DNA of 64,000 bases. Origin: Candidatus Aminicenantes bacterium UBA1061. GTDB taxonomy: Bacteria; Acidobacteriota; Aminicenantia; Aminicenantales; Saccharicenantaceae. A program made the translations under genes and the position numbers. Where the stretch lies: positions 51-64,050 of the forward strand of contig DCDG01000022.1 of the NCBI GenBank assembly GCA_002316315.1, in the 5' to 3' direction. This document shows, in pieces, positions 19,912 through 29,004 of the stretch; position 1 is the first letter of the stretch; each line of letters starts with the position of its first letter. The notes under the pieces are model-generated. The model ran no database searches and was not told the DNA's origin. It saw only the letters and a list, made by a program, of their open reading frames with translations.

Positions 19912-20691
19912 TCAAGCCATAAATTCCTGATAAAGGAAAAAAGCTTGTTCTGGTAACCTTTTTTTACGCCATAAAGACTCAAGCTTCGAGAGCCTTGTCC
20001 TGGTTTCGATCGGACTAAAATTAAAAACCAAATGGGCACCGCCCTCGTTAAGACTATTAATATAATCAAAAGAAGCTGGCATATCAAGATGAAAAATTAA
20101 ATGCCCTTTTCTTTCCCTTATCTTTCCAAGAAGTTCCAGGACGACTGACTGGCTGGTCTCATCAAAAAACCGGTTGGACAAATGCAGCCAGCAGTTTTTT
20201 TTAGGCCACTCAGCCAGGCTGTCCTCAGGCTGCCCGTGGTGATAATAGACCAGAACCGCACCGCCAGCCGAGGTCTCCCCAGCCAGTCTCGACAACTGGT
20301 TTGCTTCCCAGTTTTTATGCCGGGAAGAAACAAAAACCGTTTTGAGACCGGAGGTCAACTTAGAATCAAGAGCTTCAGCCTGAGAGCCGTCTTCAAGGAA
20401 AAAATACACCGGGCAATTTTTTTTCTTCAAGAGTTCAGTCATGGCGGCTAATTGAAGAAAATCCGGCCGGGCCAGATCTCCAGTATAAAGGGCAAAACGA
20501 AACTCGGAGAGAACAGTCAATTCATCCAGGCTAAAGAGGCCAGTATCGAGGATAATTGGTTTTAGCTTTTTTGGAGAAGCAAACTCAAGCAGTCCCTGGA
20601 GTTCGGCAAAATTAAAGATATCATCACGGATGATCAGTCGCTGGCCTTTATTAAGCGGTCGAACCTGCTCTTCAAGTTTAACCCAATCCAT
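19912..20691 (-). CDS. Hypothetical protein built of repeated strand-helix units
   Basis: 259 aa with no motif I recognise. Recurring roughly 25-30-aa units (LIIRDDIFNFAELQGLLEF / PIILDTGLFSLDELTVLSEF / WLHLSNRFFDETSQSVVLELL / LIFHLDMPASFDYINSL). Same strand as the ATPase operon, 97 nt upstream of it. Confidence 0.6.
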   Translation of the reverse strand: MDWVKLEEQVRPLNKGQRLIIRDDIFNFAELQGLLEFASPKKLKPIILDTGLFSLDELTVLSEFRFALYTGDLARPDFLQLAAMTELLKKKNCPVYFFLEDGSQAEALDSKLTSGLKTVFVSSRHKNWEANQLSRLAGETSAGGAVLVYYHHGQPEDSLAEWPKKNCWLHLSNRFFDETSQSVVLELLGKIRERKGHLIFHLDMPASFDYINSLNEGGAHLVFNFSPIETRTRLSKLESLWRKKRLPEQAFFLYQEFMA

Positions 20692-20811
20692 AAGAAGATA
20701 AAGTTATCATCGAAAGCCAAAGGTGTCAACCGGCAAAAAACGGGCAGAAACTAAAAACTTTTGGTCTTGTGGCTGATTTCTACGCGGAAGGATATTTCAG
20801 GCTTTGACCAC

Positions 20812-21486
20812 CTATATTTTGAGTCCGAAGATTAACATAAGCTGTCGGGTTTTAATATCTTCGCTATAGGCCGAGTAATTTTTCAAAAGATTCTTGAGTC
20901 CAAGTTCATATCTGGCCTCAACCGACATTTTGCCTTTTGAATGTGGAATTTCAAATCCGAGCCCGAACACTAATCCCAGATTATTCCTGGCCGTAGAATT
21001 GTGAAAATCTTCAGCAGCGATTTTTTCAAAATTATCACTGGCCGTAGCCCGATAATAGAGGTTAAACTGGTGAGACAAGATAAAGGAAAAATTTCCGCCT
21101 ACCAGAAAATAGGGCCAGGGCGACTTCAAGAAACGTGTCTTAAAAAGAACCGGAATAGAAAGCTCTTTGAGGTTATTATCGTAAAGGTAGGAAGAGGTTG
21201 GCCCGTAATCCAATTGGTAATGGTTACCGTCTTCTTTGTAAAGGCCATCAACTTCTATCAACAGCTTTTTAGAGAGGGGAATTTCTACACCAAAGCCACC
21301 AAAGGCCGCCGTATAATGACTCTGAAAAGGGTTTAAGTTACCTGAACTCGGGGAAAGCAACGGAAGGAATGGCCACGGATCGGAAAAAGTAGAGAAAACA
21401 GGACCACCTATGATTTTAAAATCCTGAGCTGTTGCCGGGACACAAACAATAATGATTAAAATCAATGGCAGAAAAAGTTTTTTCAT
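20812..21486 (-). CDS. Outer-membrane beta-barrel protein (porin-family / OmpW-like fold)
   Basis: Start moved to MKKLFLPLILIIIVCVPATAQ (ATG 21486, GGAGG 8 nt upstream). Alternating hydrophobic beta-strand pattern and a C-terminal aromatic-rich end (LMLIFGLKI). Confidence 0.75.
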   Translation of the reverse strand: MKKLFLPLILIIIVCVPATAQDFKIIGGPVFSTFSDPWPFLPLLSPSSGNLNPFQSHYTAAFGGFGVEIPLSKKLLIEVDGLYKEDGNHYQLDYGPTSSYLYDNNLKELSIPVLFKTRFLKSPWPYFLVGGNFSFILSHQFNLYYRATASDNFEKIAAEDFHNSTARNNLGLVFGLGFEIPHSKGKMSVEARYELGLKNLLKNYSAYSEDIKTRQLMLIFGLKI

Positions 21487-21678
21487 TTTTACACCTCCCC
21501 TTTTATCAGCTGAAAAAAGCCTCCAGCCAATTTCCAAGGAACTTTTCCTCCTCTAAAACCACTGCATATTTTGTGCCAGCCAGGTCATCAGATGATCGGT
21601 TTTATCCCGGGCTAATCTGTCCTTTCCGGAGGACATGATGTCCACAAAAACTGACTGGCAACCGATAGTTTTATCCGG

Positions 21679-21707
21679 TTGAGACTCAGGCCAGCCTGGA
21701 GTATTAT
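21679..21707 (+). promoter_or_regulatory. Sigma70-like promoter upstream of queC
   Basis: TTGAGA (21679-21684), a 17-nt spacer, then TATTAT (21702-21707). This leaves only about 15-20 nt of leader before ATG 21729. Confidence 0.45.
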
Positions 21708-21728
21708 CTAAACTGTCAGGATAAAAAG

Positions 21729-22469
21729 ATGAAACCTGAGATTACCAAGGGCAAACAGGCAAAAAAAATCAGGGCTAAAAAGGCTCTGGTGCTGTTCTCG
21801 GGCGGGATTGACTCGACCACGGCCCTTTACTGGGCCTTAAAACGTTACCAAAAAGTCTACCCGGTCATTTTTGACTATGGCCAGAGACACCGGGTGGAAA
21901 TAAAAATGGCTAAAAGGACCTGCCAGCGGCTCGGGCTCGAGCCCAAAATAATAAGAATAGATCTGAGGCAGATCGGCGGCTCAGCCTTGACGGATGAAAA
22001 AATAAGGGTGCCAGGGTTTAAGAAAATAGAAGAAATAAAAGAAGGCCTGCCTGCTACCTATGTCCCTTTTCGGAACGGTATATTTATAGCACTGGGAGCT
22101 GCGCTGGCTGAAGCCCTTAAGGTTTTGGATCTGGTTAGTGGCTTCAATGTCATTGACTCGCCCACCTATCCTGATACAACCGGAGCATTTGTCCGGGCAA
22201 TGGAAAAAGCTATTAATGAAGGAACAGGGGCTAAATTCAAACACGAAAAGTTCCGGATTGTTGCCCCATTCCTTGGCAAGAAAAAATCAGAAATAATAAG
22301 GCTCGGTCTGAGTCTCGGGGCCAACTATTCTTATTCGGTTAGCTGTTACGCCGGAGGAGAAATTCCCTGCGGGCGGTGTTCGAGCTGTCTGCTCAGAGCC
22401 CGAGCCTGGAAAGAAGCCGGTCAGGAAGACCATCTTCTGCTACGCCTTAAAAAGGAGGGGAAAATATGA
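21729..22469 (+). CDS. queC: 7-cyano-7-deazaguanine synthase
   Basis: PP-loop LVLFSGGIDSTT. C-terminal Zn cysteines CYAGGEIPCGRCSSCLLR. Confidence 0.92.
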   Translation: MKPEITKGKQAKKIRAKKALVLFSGGIDSTTALYWALKRYQKVYPVIFDYGQRHRVEIKMAKRTCQRLGLEPKIIRIDLRQIGGSALTDEKIRVPGFKKIEEIKEGLPATYVPFRNGIFIALGAALAEALKVLDLVSGFNVIDSPTYPDTTGAFVRAMEKAINEGTGAKFKHEKFRIVAPFLGKKKSEIIRLGLSLGANYSYSVSCYAGGEIPCGRCSSCLLRARAWKEAGQEDHLLLRLKKEGKI

Positions 22470-22810
22470 GCTGGAAACTTAAGGTCAGAGATAAATTCTC
22501 CGCTGCCCATTATCTTCGCGAATACCAGGGGAAATGCGAAAAGCTTCATGGTCACACTTTCCAGGTTGAGGTAGAAATAGCAGTTAAGGAACTGGACAAG
22601 ACGGGTCTGGGCATCGATTTCGTTGACATCAAGAAAAAGCTGGCAGAAATTCTGCCAGATCACAAGCTTCTCAATGAAGTCTTCGATTTCAACCCATCGG
22701 CTGAAAATCTGGCCAGAGAGATGTACCGACGGCTCCGGGAATTTTATCCGGTTACAGCCGTTACCGTCTGGGAGTCGGAAGATGCAGGGGCCACCTACAC
22801 TGAAGATTAG
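22466..22810 (+). CDS. queD: 6-carboxy-5,6,7,8-tetrahydropterin synthase
   Basis: 114 aa. KCEKLHGHTFQVEV (CxxxHGH motif of the QueD/PTPS family). ATGA overlap with queC. Confidence 0.9.
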   Translation: MSWKLKVRDKFSAAHYLREYQGKCEKLHGHTFQVEVEIAVKELDKTGLGIDFVDIKKKLAEILPDHKLLNEVFDFNPSAENLAREMYRRLREFYPVTAVTVWESEDAGATYTED

Positions 22811-23411
22811 CGAGATTTTTTTTTCGGCCGAAGGCGAAGGCGGCCGCCAGGGGGAACCAACCATCTTTATACGCCTGACCGGTTGTAATCTGCGCTGTGA
22901 CTTTTGCGATACAAAGTATGCCTGGGACGAAGGAAAGGAAACAAACCAGAAGATAATTTATAGTAAAGTAGTAGTAATTAAAGAAAGGTACAAAACAAAC
23001 TGGGTCTCACTGACCGGTGGCGAGCCTCTGCTTCAGGATATCCGGCCGTTGGTGGACAGGCTTAAGAGAGCTGGTTTTAAGATTCAAATAGAAACCAACG
23101 GGACCAAACCGCTAAATTTCCTGGTTGACTGGCTGACGGTTTCCCCCAAACCGCCTGATTTCTTTTCAACTCAAAGCTGCCGCCGGCAGGCGACTGAAGC
23201 AAAGCTGGTGGTTACAAAAAACTTGAAACTAGCTGAAATCGAAAAAGTGAGGCGTGAGTTTCCAGCCAGAACCGTTATCTGGCTTCAGCCCGAATCAAAT
23301 GAAGACTGGAGTTATCGGCGGGGGTGGCGTCTATTTCAGCTGGCAGCTAAAACTGGTCTTAAAAATGTCAGGCTGGGCTGCCAGCTCCATAAGATTTACA
23401 GCCTGCGGTAG
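22782..23411 (+). CDS. queE: 7-carboxy-7-deazaguanine synthase (radical SAM)
   Basis: Start moved to ATG 22782 (MQGPPTLKISEIFFSAEGEGGRQGEPTIFIRLTGCNLRCDFCDTKYAW). The track ORF begins at 22623 inside queD. Confidence 0.88.
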   Translation: MQGPPTLKISEIFFSAEGEGGRQGEPTIFIRLTGCNLRCDFCDTKYAWDEGKETNQKIIYSKVVVIKERYKTNWVSLTGGEPLLQDIRPLVDRLKRAGFKIQIETNGTKPLNFLVDWLTVSPKPPDFFSTQSCRRQATEAKLVVTKNLKLAEIEKVRREFPARTVIWLQPESNEDWSYRRGWRLFQLAAKTGLKNVRLGCQLHKIYSLR

Positions 23412-23434
23412 GTTTTTATTTCAGACGGGCTTAC

Positions 23435-24766
23435 TTATATTCTGGTTTTTTGATTCATTTTATTAAAAAATTTGTGACCGTTCCTGGCCAGGTAAACCCC
23501 AAAGAAAATAACCGGCATTCCCATCACCTGAATCCAGGTAATTCTGTCATGAAGAAAAATACAGGCCGTCAGAATCCCAAAGACAGGTGTCAGGTTGCTG
23601 AAGACACCGGTTCTGGCTCCGCCTATTCTCTCAATTGACTTATACCAGATAACAGAAGCCAGAACGAGGGCCAGCAGAGCCGAGTAAAGAACTCCGAGCC
23701 ATCCGCCTAAGGAAACGCGGCTAAAATCTGTCCGGGCAAAATCCTTCCAGGCAAAAGGCAGGTAGAAAACTGTCCCCAGAATGTTGGTCAGAGCAGCCAT
23801 CTTAAGCGGCGACATATTTTTAAGCGCCGGTCGGGCATAAATCGTATATAAAGCCCACATCAAGCATGATAAAAGAATAAAAAAGATGCCCGAAGCTTCT
23901 GATCCTTTAAAGTCAAAACCGCCGGGGCGCCCCAGAACGACTGCATAGAGGCCAGCCACTGACAGCAAGATGCCCAGCCAGCCGCCTGGCCGCAGGCGCT
24001 CAAAACCGAGCACAGCACTCAACAGGGCGATTAAAACCGGCGTTATGGCATTGCTCATGGAAACCAGAGAAGCTGCTGTGCGGCTCAAGCCGGTTATGAA
24101 AAAAACCTGATAAAAAGTAATCCCGGTCAGAGACAAAAATATAACCCGCGGAAGATCCTGCCGCTTTATAGTAAAGCCTTCACCGCTCCTCCAAAGAATA
24201 AGCGCATAGAGGGCAGAGGAGATAAGAAACCTGGTCAGATTAAAGGCCTGAGGAGATAGCTGAGAAAATGAGACCTTGATGACTGGCACATTGGCCCCCC
24301 AGATGATGGTGGTCAGAATCATCAGCAGATCAGTCAGACCAAAGGCCGCCGGCCGGTCAATAGACTCGAGCTTTCTGCTGGCCTTATCTTCAGTGGAGAG
24401 AGCAAAATCCCCCTCTGTCTGGCTGGAGACATGTATCGCCGGCTCTGCAGCAACCAGGGCCGCGCTCGAGGAGTAAGCGTCGCATCCTTCGGCCGGCGAG
24501 TCGCTCCCTGTCCCGAGCCCGCCGACGGCAGCTGCATTAGTTTTTATGCTGAGATCAAGTCCGGATGCCGAGCCAGCAGCTGTCAGATCAGCCGGCTTAC
24601 CAGGGCTGGATAAATCTGAACTGGCGCACCTCGTTGACATTGCTTCTCCCCGGCCAGCAAAATCTGAACTGCCTGCGCTGCCTGCTTCTGCTTCTGTCTC
24701 GATATAGTCCGGTCCACCCTTGATTTCAGTTTTGTGGTTGTATTTATAAGATTCCTTATTTCCCAT
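23435..24766 (-). CDS. DMT-superfamily (EamA-type) transporter with ~140-aa low-complexity N-terminal extension
   Basis: Ten-TM EamA-like body starting around LMILTTIIWGANVPVIK. It is preceded by a Ser/Ala/Gly/Asp-rich segment. The only ATG codons upstream of TM1 are M1 and M44, because the next one falls inside TM1. At least part of the extension therefore appears to be translated, unless a GTG/TTG start is used. Confidence 0.7.
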   Translation of the reverse strand: MGNKESYKYNHKTEIKGGPDYIETEAEAGSAGSSDFAGRGEAMSTRCASSDLSSPGKPADLTAAGSASGLDLSIKTNAAAVGGLGTGSDSPAEGCDAYSSSAALVAAEPAIHVSSQTEGDFALSTEDKASRKLESIDRPAAFGLTDLLMILTTIIWGANVPVIKVSFSQLSPQAFNLTRFLISSALYALILWRSGEGFTIKRQDLPRVIFLSLTGITFYQVFFITGLSRTAASLVSMSNAITPVLIALLSAVLGFERLRPGGWLGILLSVAGLYAVVLGRPGGFDFKGSEASGIFFILLSCLMWALYTIYARPALKNMSPLKMAALTNILGTVFYLPFAWKDFARTDFSRVSLGGWLGVLYSALLALVLASVIWYKSIERIGGARTGVFSNLTPVFGILTACIFLHDRITWIQVMGMPVIFFGVYLARNGHKFFNKMNQKTRI

Positions 24767-24804
24767 TTTTCTTCTTTTTATTTTTGCTGACAGACTGAAA
24801 TCTT

Positions 24805-25215
24805 TTATTCGCCACGCGGATAGCGGGCTTCAACGGTTGAGCTCAACCCACCCCGCGGCGTAAATTCTCCTCTGACCAGAGCCTTTTTCGGCTGGCAGGC
24901 CTTAACCACATCTTCCAGAATGCGGTTGACGGCATTCTCATAAAATATCCCAAGATTCCGGTAAGCCAGGATATACACTTTAAGCGATTTAAGCTCCATG
25001 ACTTTTTTGTCTGGAATGTACCAGATCGTAATAATACCAAAATCAGGCAGGCCGGTTTTCGGACAGACAGAAGTGTATTCTGGAATTTCAATGGTTATCT
25101 CATAATCAGGAAACTGATTGGGAAAAGTCTCAATTTCAGGCAACCTGGTCTTAAGACCGGCCCTGGCTTCCTTTTCGCCATATTCGGCAGTTGTTACCTT
25201 GTTTTTTTGAGCCAT
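24805..25215 (-). CDS. queF: NADPH-dependent 7-cyano-7-deazaguanine reductase (type I QueF)
   Basis: YTSVCPKTGLPDFGIITIWYIP (catalytic Cys) and the QueF motif MELKSLKVYILAYR. Start placed at MAQKNKV (25215). The track start at 25293 would run into a dispersed repeat. Confidence 0.85.
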   Translation of the reverse strand: MAQKNKVTTAEYGEKEARAGLKTRLPEIETFPNQFPDYEITIEIPEYTSVCPKTGLPDFGIITIWYIPDKKVMELKSLKVYILAYRNLGIFYENAVNRILEDVVKACQPKKALVRGEFTPRGGLSSTVEARYPRGE

Positions 25216-25279
25216 TTTTTTCTCGCTTAAAGTTTTATTATTATCAATCATAGCCCAAAAACAAACCTCCAGCAAGAAA

Positions 25280-25395
25280 GCGAATTGCCTCATCTAAAAT
25301 CTGATTGAAAATGGTACGTTGCTTCACAAGAAAATCTAGATAAAATCTTTTGCCTCCTGGTTTGGACTCAAGCTAAATTCGGGGCCAAATCAGCC
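25280..25395. repeat. Dispersed ~116-nt repeat, copy 1 (pairs with 29849-29966)
   Basis: By-eye alignment: gcgaattgcctcatctaaaatct...aaaatctagataaaatcttttgcctcctggtttggactcaagctaaattcggggccaaatcagcc versus gcgaattaccttacctaaaatct...gaatctacaaaaaactgttttgccttctggtagaaatcaaatctaaagtcaggtatcaaattagcc. Same orientation, roughly two-thirds to three-quarters identical. Confidence 0.7.
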
Positions 25396-25485
25396 CGGAG
25401 ATAAAAAGTTAAAACCAGGATTAAAGGCCTATCAAGTCAATTGATTCTTGTCAAAAAAGAGACAACAGGAAAGAAGGTTTTTATC

Positions 25486-25911
25486 TTACTGGCTTCGTGA
25501 AACAAACCACAGGCATTCTTCCTTCCAGTCACAATCTCCACATATATCTTTAATATCAGATATGCTCCTGAGCCTAGCCTTGGCCAGAGAAATAAAATCG
25601 CGGGCCCTGCCTTTTATCCCTTCCTTCAAATCCAAGTGCTGCAAAACTCGCCGGTCGACATCCTTAATTCCAGAGACAGAGCCTGCATCTTTCTGGCAAA
25701 CTCCTTCCAGCTGGTGAGGACAATAAGAACAGATATCATCGCACCCGGTAATTATCTGCAATTCAGGATTTGACTCTATCTTCTTGATAATTTCGGCCAT
25801 GTTCCTGACAAAATCTTGACTGTAACCATATCCCTGGAAACCCTGCAGGCACAAAAGATGGTGAGCCCTGATATTTATAATACTATCATTCATCTGCCCT
25901 CTTTGCATCAA
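25486..25911 (-). CDS. DUF1284-like Cys-rich protein (putative Fe-S binding)
   Basis: IRAHHLLCLQGFQGYGYS start motif remembered from DUF1284. Further Cys pairs are CDDICSYCPH and CGDCDWKEEC. The start could be MNDSII (25893). Confidence 0.55.
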   Translation of the reverse strand: MMQRGQMNDSIINIRAHHLLCLQGFQGYGYSQDFVRNMAEIIKKIESNPELQIITGCDDICSYCPHQLEGVCQKDAGSVSGIKDVDRRVLQHLDLKEGIKGRARDFISLAKARLRSISDIKDICGDCDWKEECLWFVSRSQ

Positions 25912-26542
25912 CTTCTCCGTTGTAAGCCTCCCTGGGTGTAACAGCTCTGGCCAGACCGGCAGCAGTTATGATCTTAAAAAGATCCCCAATAATAAATGGG
26001 ACAGTTCCCATCCAGAGCAGATTCCTGAGAGTCAATCCTGTGCCTTTCACTAAGTAAGACCATAGCCCGAGTTGTAATAATCCCGGTATATGTATCAGGA
26101 TAAAATCAGCAAATAACATTAAACCAAGCATGGGCAGAAAATTCCTGGCTTTAATATATCTGTCAGTAAAATAGCCAAGGAATAGAGCCGCCAGAATGAA
26201 GCCCAGAAGATATCCTCCAGTCGGTCCAAGAAAAGCACCAACACCTCCGCTAAAACCAGCTAACCAGGGAAGACCAGCCACACCCAATATTACGTAGATG
26301 GCCTGGCTTATACCTCCCCACCATCTCCCTAAAAGAACCCCGGCCAATAACACCGCCAGGGTCTGACCTGAAATTGGAACCGGAGTCCAGGGAAGAGAGA
26401 TTTTTACCTGTGCAGCCAGTCCGGTTAGACAGGCCATGCCCAGGGCCAACGCTATCTTATTTACCAGAGCCAGGCTATGCCGCCATTTGAAAAATAAATA
26501 TCTCGCTTTATGAAACTTATCAATCGCAATTATTTCTTGCAT
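25886..26542 (-). CDS. bioY: Biotin transporter S-component BioY
   Basis: Start moved to MQEIIAID (ATG 26542, AGGAGG upstream). LPWTPVPISGQTLAVLLAGVLLG and VPFIIGDLFKI are BioY signatures. Confidence 0.85.
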   Translation of the reverse strand: MQEIIAIDKFHKARYLFFKWRHSLALVNKIALALGMACLTGLAAQVKISLPWTPVPISGQTLAVLLAGVLLGRWWGGISQAIYVILGVAGLPWLAGFSGGVGAFLGPTGGYLLGFILAALFLGYFTDRYIKARNFLPMLGLMLFADFILIHIPGLLQLGLWSYLVKGTGLTLRNLLWMGTVPFIIGDLFKIITAAGLARAVTPREAYNGEVDAKRADE

Positions 26543-26778
26543 CCTTTCCTCCTGCCAATAATTGGTGTTAAAGGACAGGGTAAGAGTAACGAAGCGAAAC
26601 GGCTCCACTTCTCCTGAGCCTTAGAGCCAGCCAAACAATCTGCTCTCTGCCACCCGCTATTGCCTGTCAAATTTCCATCCTATCTTAAGTCCTGCCTGCC
26701 AGGACTAAAAAATTAATGGCCTTATTATACCTTAATTTTCCTTGATTTAAAGGCAGCCGGCAGATCAAAAGGAACTTT

Positions 26779-27558
26779 TTAGAGCTGCTCCAGATTTTTT
26801 CTTAACCTGGCAAAAAATTTTTCTGCTTCTTCATAATCCCTGGCCTTAATGATATGTTTAAGAAACTCGAGCCGCGAGCAGATCTTTTCCAATTGCGGGA
26901 TTGAGTGAGGATTAAACAGCACTTCTGCCAGCAGAAAATCATCTTCTTGCAGGACTTTCCTGGCAATTTCTTTATGACGCTCGAAAGTTGTTCCTGGGAC
27001 GATCTTTGAAGTCAGACAGGCAGCAAAGGTTATAGATGAAGCAAAGGGAAGAGTCAGAGAATAAGACATCAGCTCATCATGTTCACTAAAGGAATATTCA
27101 AAAACATTCAGGCGGCATTTTTCAAAGAAATTTAACAGATGCTTTTTGGCTTCTTCATCCGATTCAGAAATGACGATGAGATTTTCATCTTCTATTTGAT
27201 TCAGGACAGCAAATCTGGGACCAAACATCGGATGGCAGGAGGCAAAGCGGAAAGGACATTGCCGATAATATTCAGGCAGCTCACCCTTAATCGAGGTGAT
27301 ATCAGCAATAAAACAATCTCTGTCGAGAAAAGGTGCGGCTGCTTCAAAAGCTTCAATGGTATTTCGGAGGCTTACAGCATTGAATAGAAACTCCGGGCGG
27401 AAATGAGCAAGTTCCTGAAAACTGGCCAGAGCCAGGGCATTTTTTATGTTCTTCAGCTTGCTACTATCGCGGTCATAAACAGCCACCTGATGAAAGCCAG
27501 CCAGCTCATGCACCAGCCAGCAACCCATATTACCTGCACCGATAACTGCTATTCTCAT
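26779..27558 (-). CDS. tyrA: Prephenate dehydrogenase
   Basis: MRIAVIGAGNMG Rossmann start. 259 aa. ATGA overlap with the upstream pheA. Confidence 0.7.
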   Translation of the reverse strand: MRIAVIGAGNMGCWLVHELAGFHQVAVYDRDSSKLKNIKNALALASFQELAHFRPEFLFNAVSLRNTIEAFEAAAPFLDRDCFIADITSIKGELPEYYRQCPFRFASCHPMFGPRFAVLNQIEDENLIVISESDEEAKKHLLNFFEKCRLNVFEYSFSEHDELMSYSLTLPFASSITFAACLTSKIVPGTTFERHKEIARKVLQEDDFLLAEVLFNPHSIPQLEKICSRLEFLKHIIKARDYEEAEKFFARLRKNLEQL

Positions 27559-28616
27559 CTTTTCTCCTCCTGATAACAGCCGAGAAACTTATAGAAAGTT
27601 GCTTTCTGCTCAACCTCATACAGAGCTTCTTTGACCCTGTCTTCGGAATCTGAGCCCTGAAAATCAGCCAGAAAAAGGTAATGGCCCGGATGGAATTTCT
27701 GTGGTCTTGATTCTATTCTGGTTAGATTAATCCCGCGGTCTGAAAAGACTTTCAGCATCTCACACAAAGCGCCTGCCTCATCTTTCAAAGCAAAAATAAT
27801 GGTGCATTTATTTCCACCTTTGACCTTTTTTTCAAGGGCGAGAACAATAAATCTCGTCCGGTTTGTTCTTTCATCCTGAATATTTTCCTTTAAAACCTTA
27901 AGGCCATAAAATTTTTCGCAATCAGCAGAGGCAATAGCAGCAGCCGCACCAGGTCTCAAAGAGGATAGCATTTTAGCTGCTCCAGCTGTGTCATAGAAAC
28001 TCCTTGGTTCAAATTTGTGACGGCGCAAGAACTCACGGCACTGGGCCAGTGCTTGAGGATGGGAATAGACAATTCTAATTTCCCTGTAGTCTGTTTCCGG
28101 CAGGGTTAATAAACAGTGATTGACAGGAAGGCTGGCCTCACCCACAATCATTAGATCATTGGCAGCTAACAGGCCATTGACTTCGCTGACCGAGCCTTCA
28201 ATAGAATTTTCCACAGGAACAATACCGAAATCGAAGTTTTTATTCTTTATCCCCTCAAAGACCTCCTTAAACTCCTGGCAGGGAATGGGGACGAGATCCG
28301 CCTCGTATTTCCTGGCCGCCAGTTCACTATAAGCTCCATGTTCCCCCTGGAAGCCAACTAACAGGCGACCACTGGCTTGAAGCTGCTTACTTTCTTCAAT
28401 AATGATTTTATACAGGTTTTGAATAAACTCAGCCGAAAGAAGCCTGCCCGAAAACCTCATAATATTATCTAAAACCTGCTCTTCCCTTTCTTTATCAGTA
28501 ACTGTTAATTTTTGCCTTCTGGTTCTCAGGCCAAGTTCCATTCTTTCATAGACCAGCTTCAAAATCTCGCCATCAAGATGGTCAATTTTATTCCGAATTT
28601 CGTTCAGATTCATCAT
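27555..28616 (-). CDS. pheA: Bifunctional chorismate mutase / prephenate dehydratase (P-protein)
   Basis: CM helix LNEIRNKIDHLDGEILKLVYERMEL, PDT domain VGFQGEHGAYSELAA, and ACT domain with TRIESRPQK. Start taken as MMNLNE, preceded by GGAGG. The track uses an upstream TTG (28637). Confidence 0.9.
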   Translation of the reverse strand: MMNLNEIRNKIDHLDGEILKLVYERMELGLRTRRQKLTVTDKEREEQVLDNIMRFSGRLLSAEFIQNLYKIIIEESKQLQASGRLLVGFQGEHGAYSELAARKYEADLVPIPCQEFKEVFEGIKNKNFDFGIVPVENSIEGSVSEVNGLLAANDLMIVGEASLPVNHCLLTLPETDYREIRIVYSHPQALAQCREFLRRHKFEPRSFYDTAGAAKMLSSLRPGAAAAIASADCEKFYGLKVLKENIQDERTNRTRFIVLALEKKVKGGNKCTIIFALKDEAGALCEMLKVFSDRGINLTRIESRPQKFHPGHYLFLADFQGSDSEDRVKEALYEVEQKATFYKFLGCYQEEKR

Positions 28617-29004
28617 TCCTCCTTTAAAAACAGACAAAGGTTTCAGAAAAAGTTAAAAATTGGATAAAAGGGTAAGGTATTATTCTTCAGGCGGTTGGCG
28701 CCTGAAAGTAATAGGAGGAAAAGCAGAATACGAGGCGATTAAGACAATTGACATTAATCAGGTTAACTAATTTCATTGGGCCAATTATATTTATTTTTAC
28801 CTTCCTGTCAATATATCTTGTAATTCAAATGAATTAACTAAAAAATTCTGTGGCGTTATTGTGATAGGTCAACTCCTTTGTTAACTCATTGTCTTTTAAG
28901 GTGTTCTTGCTATGTTTGCTCTTCTTTTCCACCCTCTCTGACTTGAAAAGCCTTTTTCTCTGGCCTTTGTTATTGTAGTCAAAAACATCTGGCAGGATAA
29001 CATT

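Noticed and set aside
21631-21655. Possible preQ1 riboswitch upstream of queC: a hairpin ggacatgatgtcc followed by the A-rich acaaaaactga.
   Set aside because: The stem encloses only a 5-nt loop, whereas preQ1-I needs about 11 nt with conserved loop bases. The A-tract is about 75 nt from the start codon and does not include the SD. A good promoter (21679-21707) lies downstream of it, so it would not be in the queC leader.
25216-25300. Possible preQ1 riboswitch in the queF leader (minus strand ggaggtttgtttttgggctatgattgataataataaaacttta).
   Set aside because: No complementary CCUCC strand is available to close P1, and there is no conserved loop or tail arrangement. Part of the region belongs to a dispersed repeat that also occurs upstream of an unrelated gene.
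28686-28706. Perfect 8-bp hairpin ttcaggcg-gttgg-cgcctgaa in the pheA upstream region, considered as an attenuator.
   Set aside because: No U-tract on either strand, no leader peptide with Phe codons, and no alternative pairing partner found.
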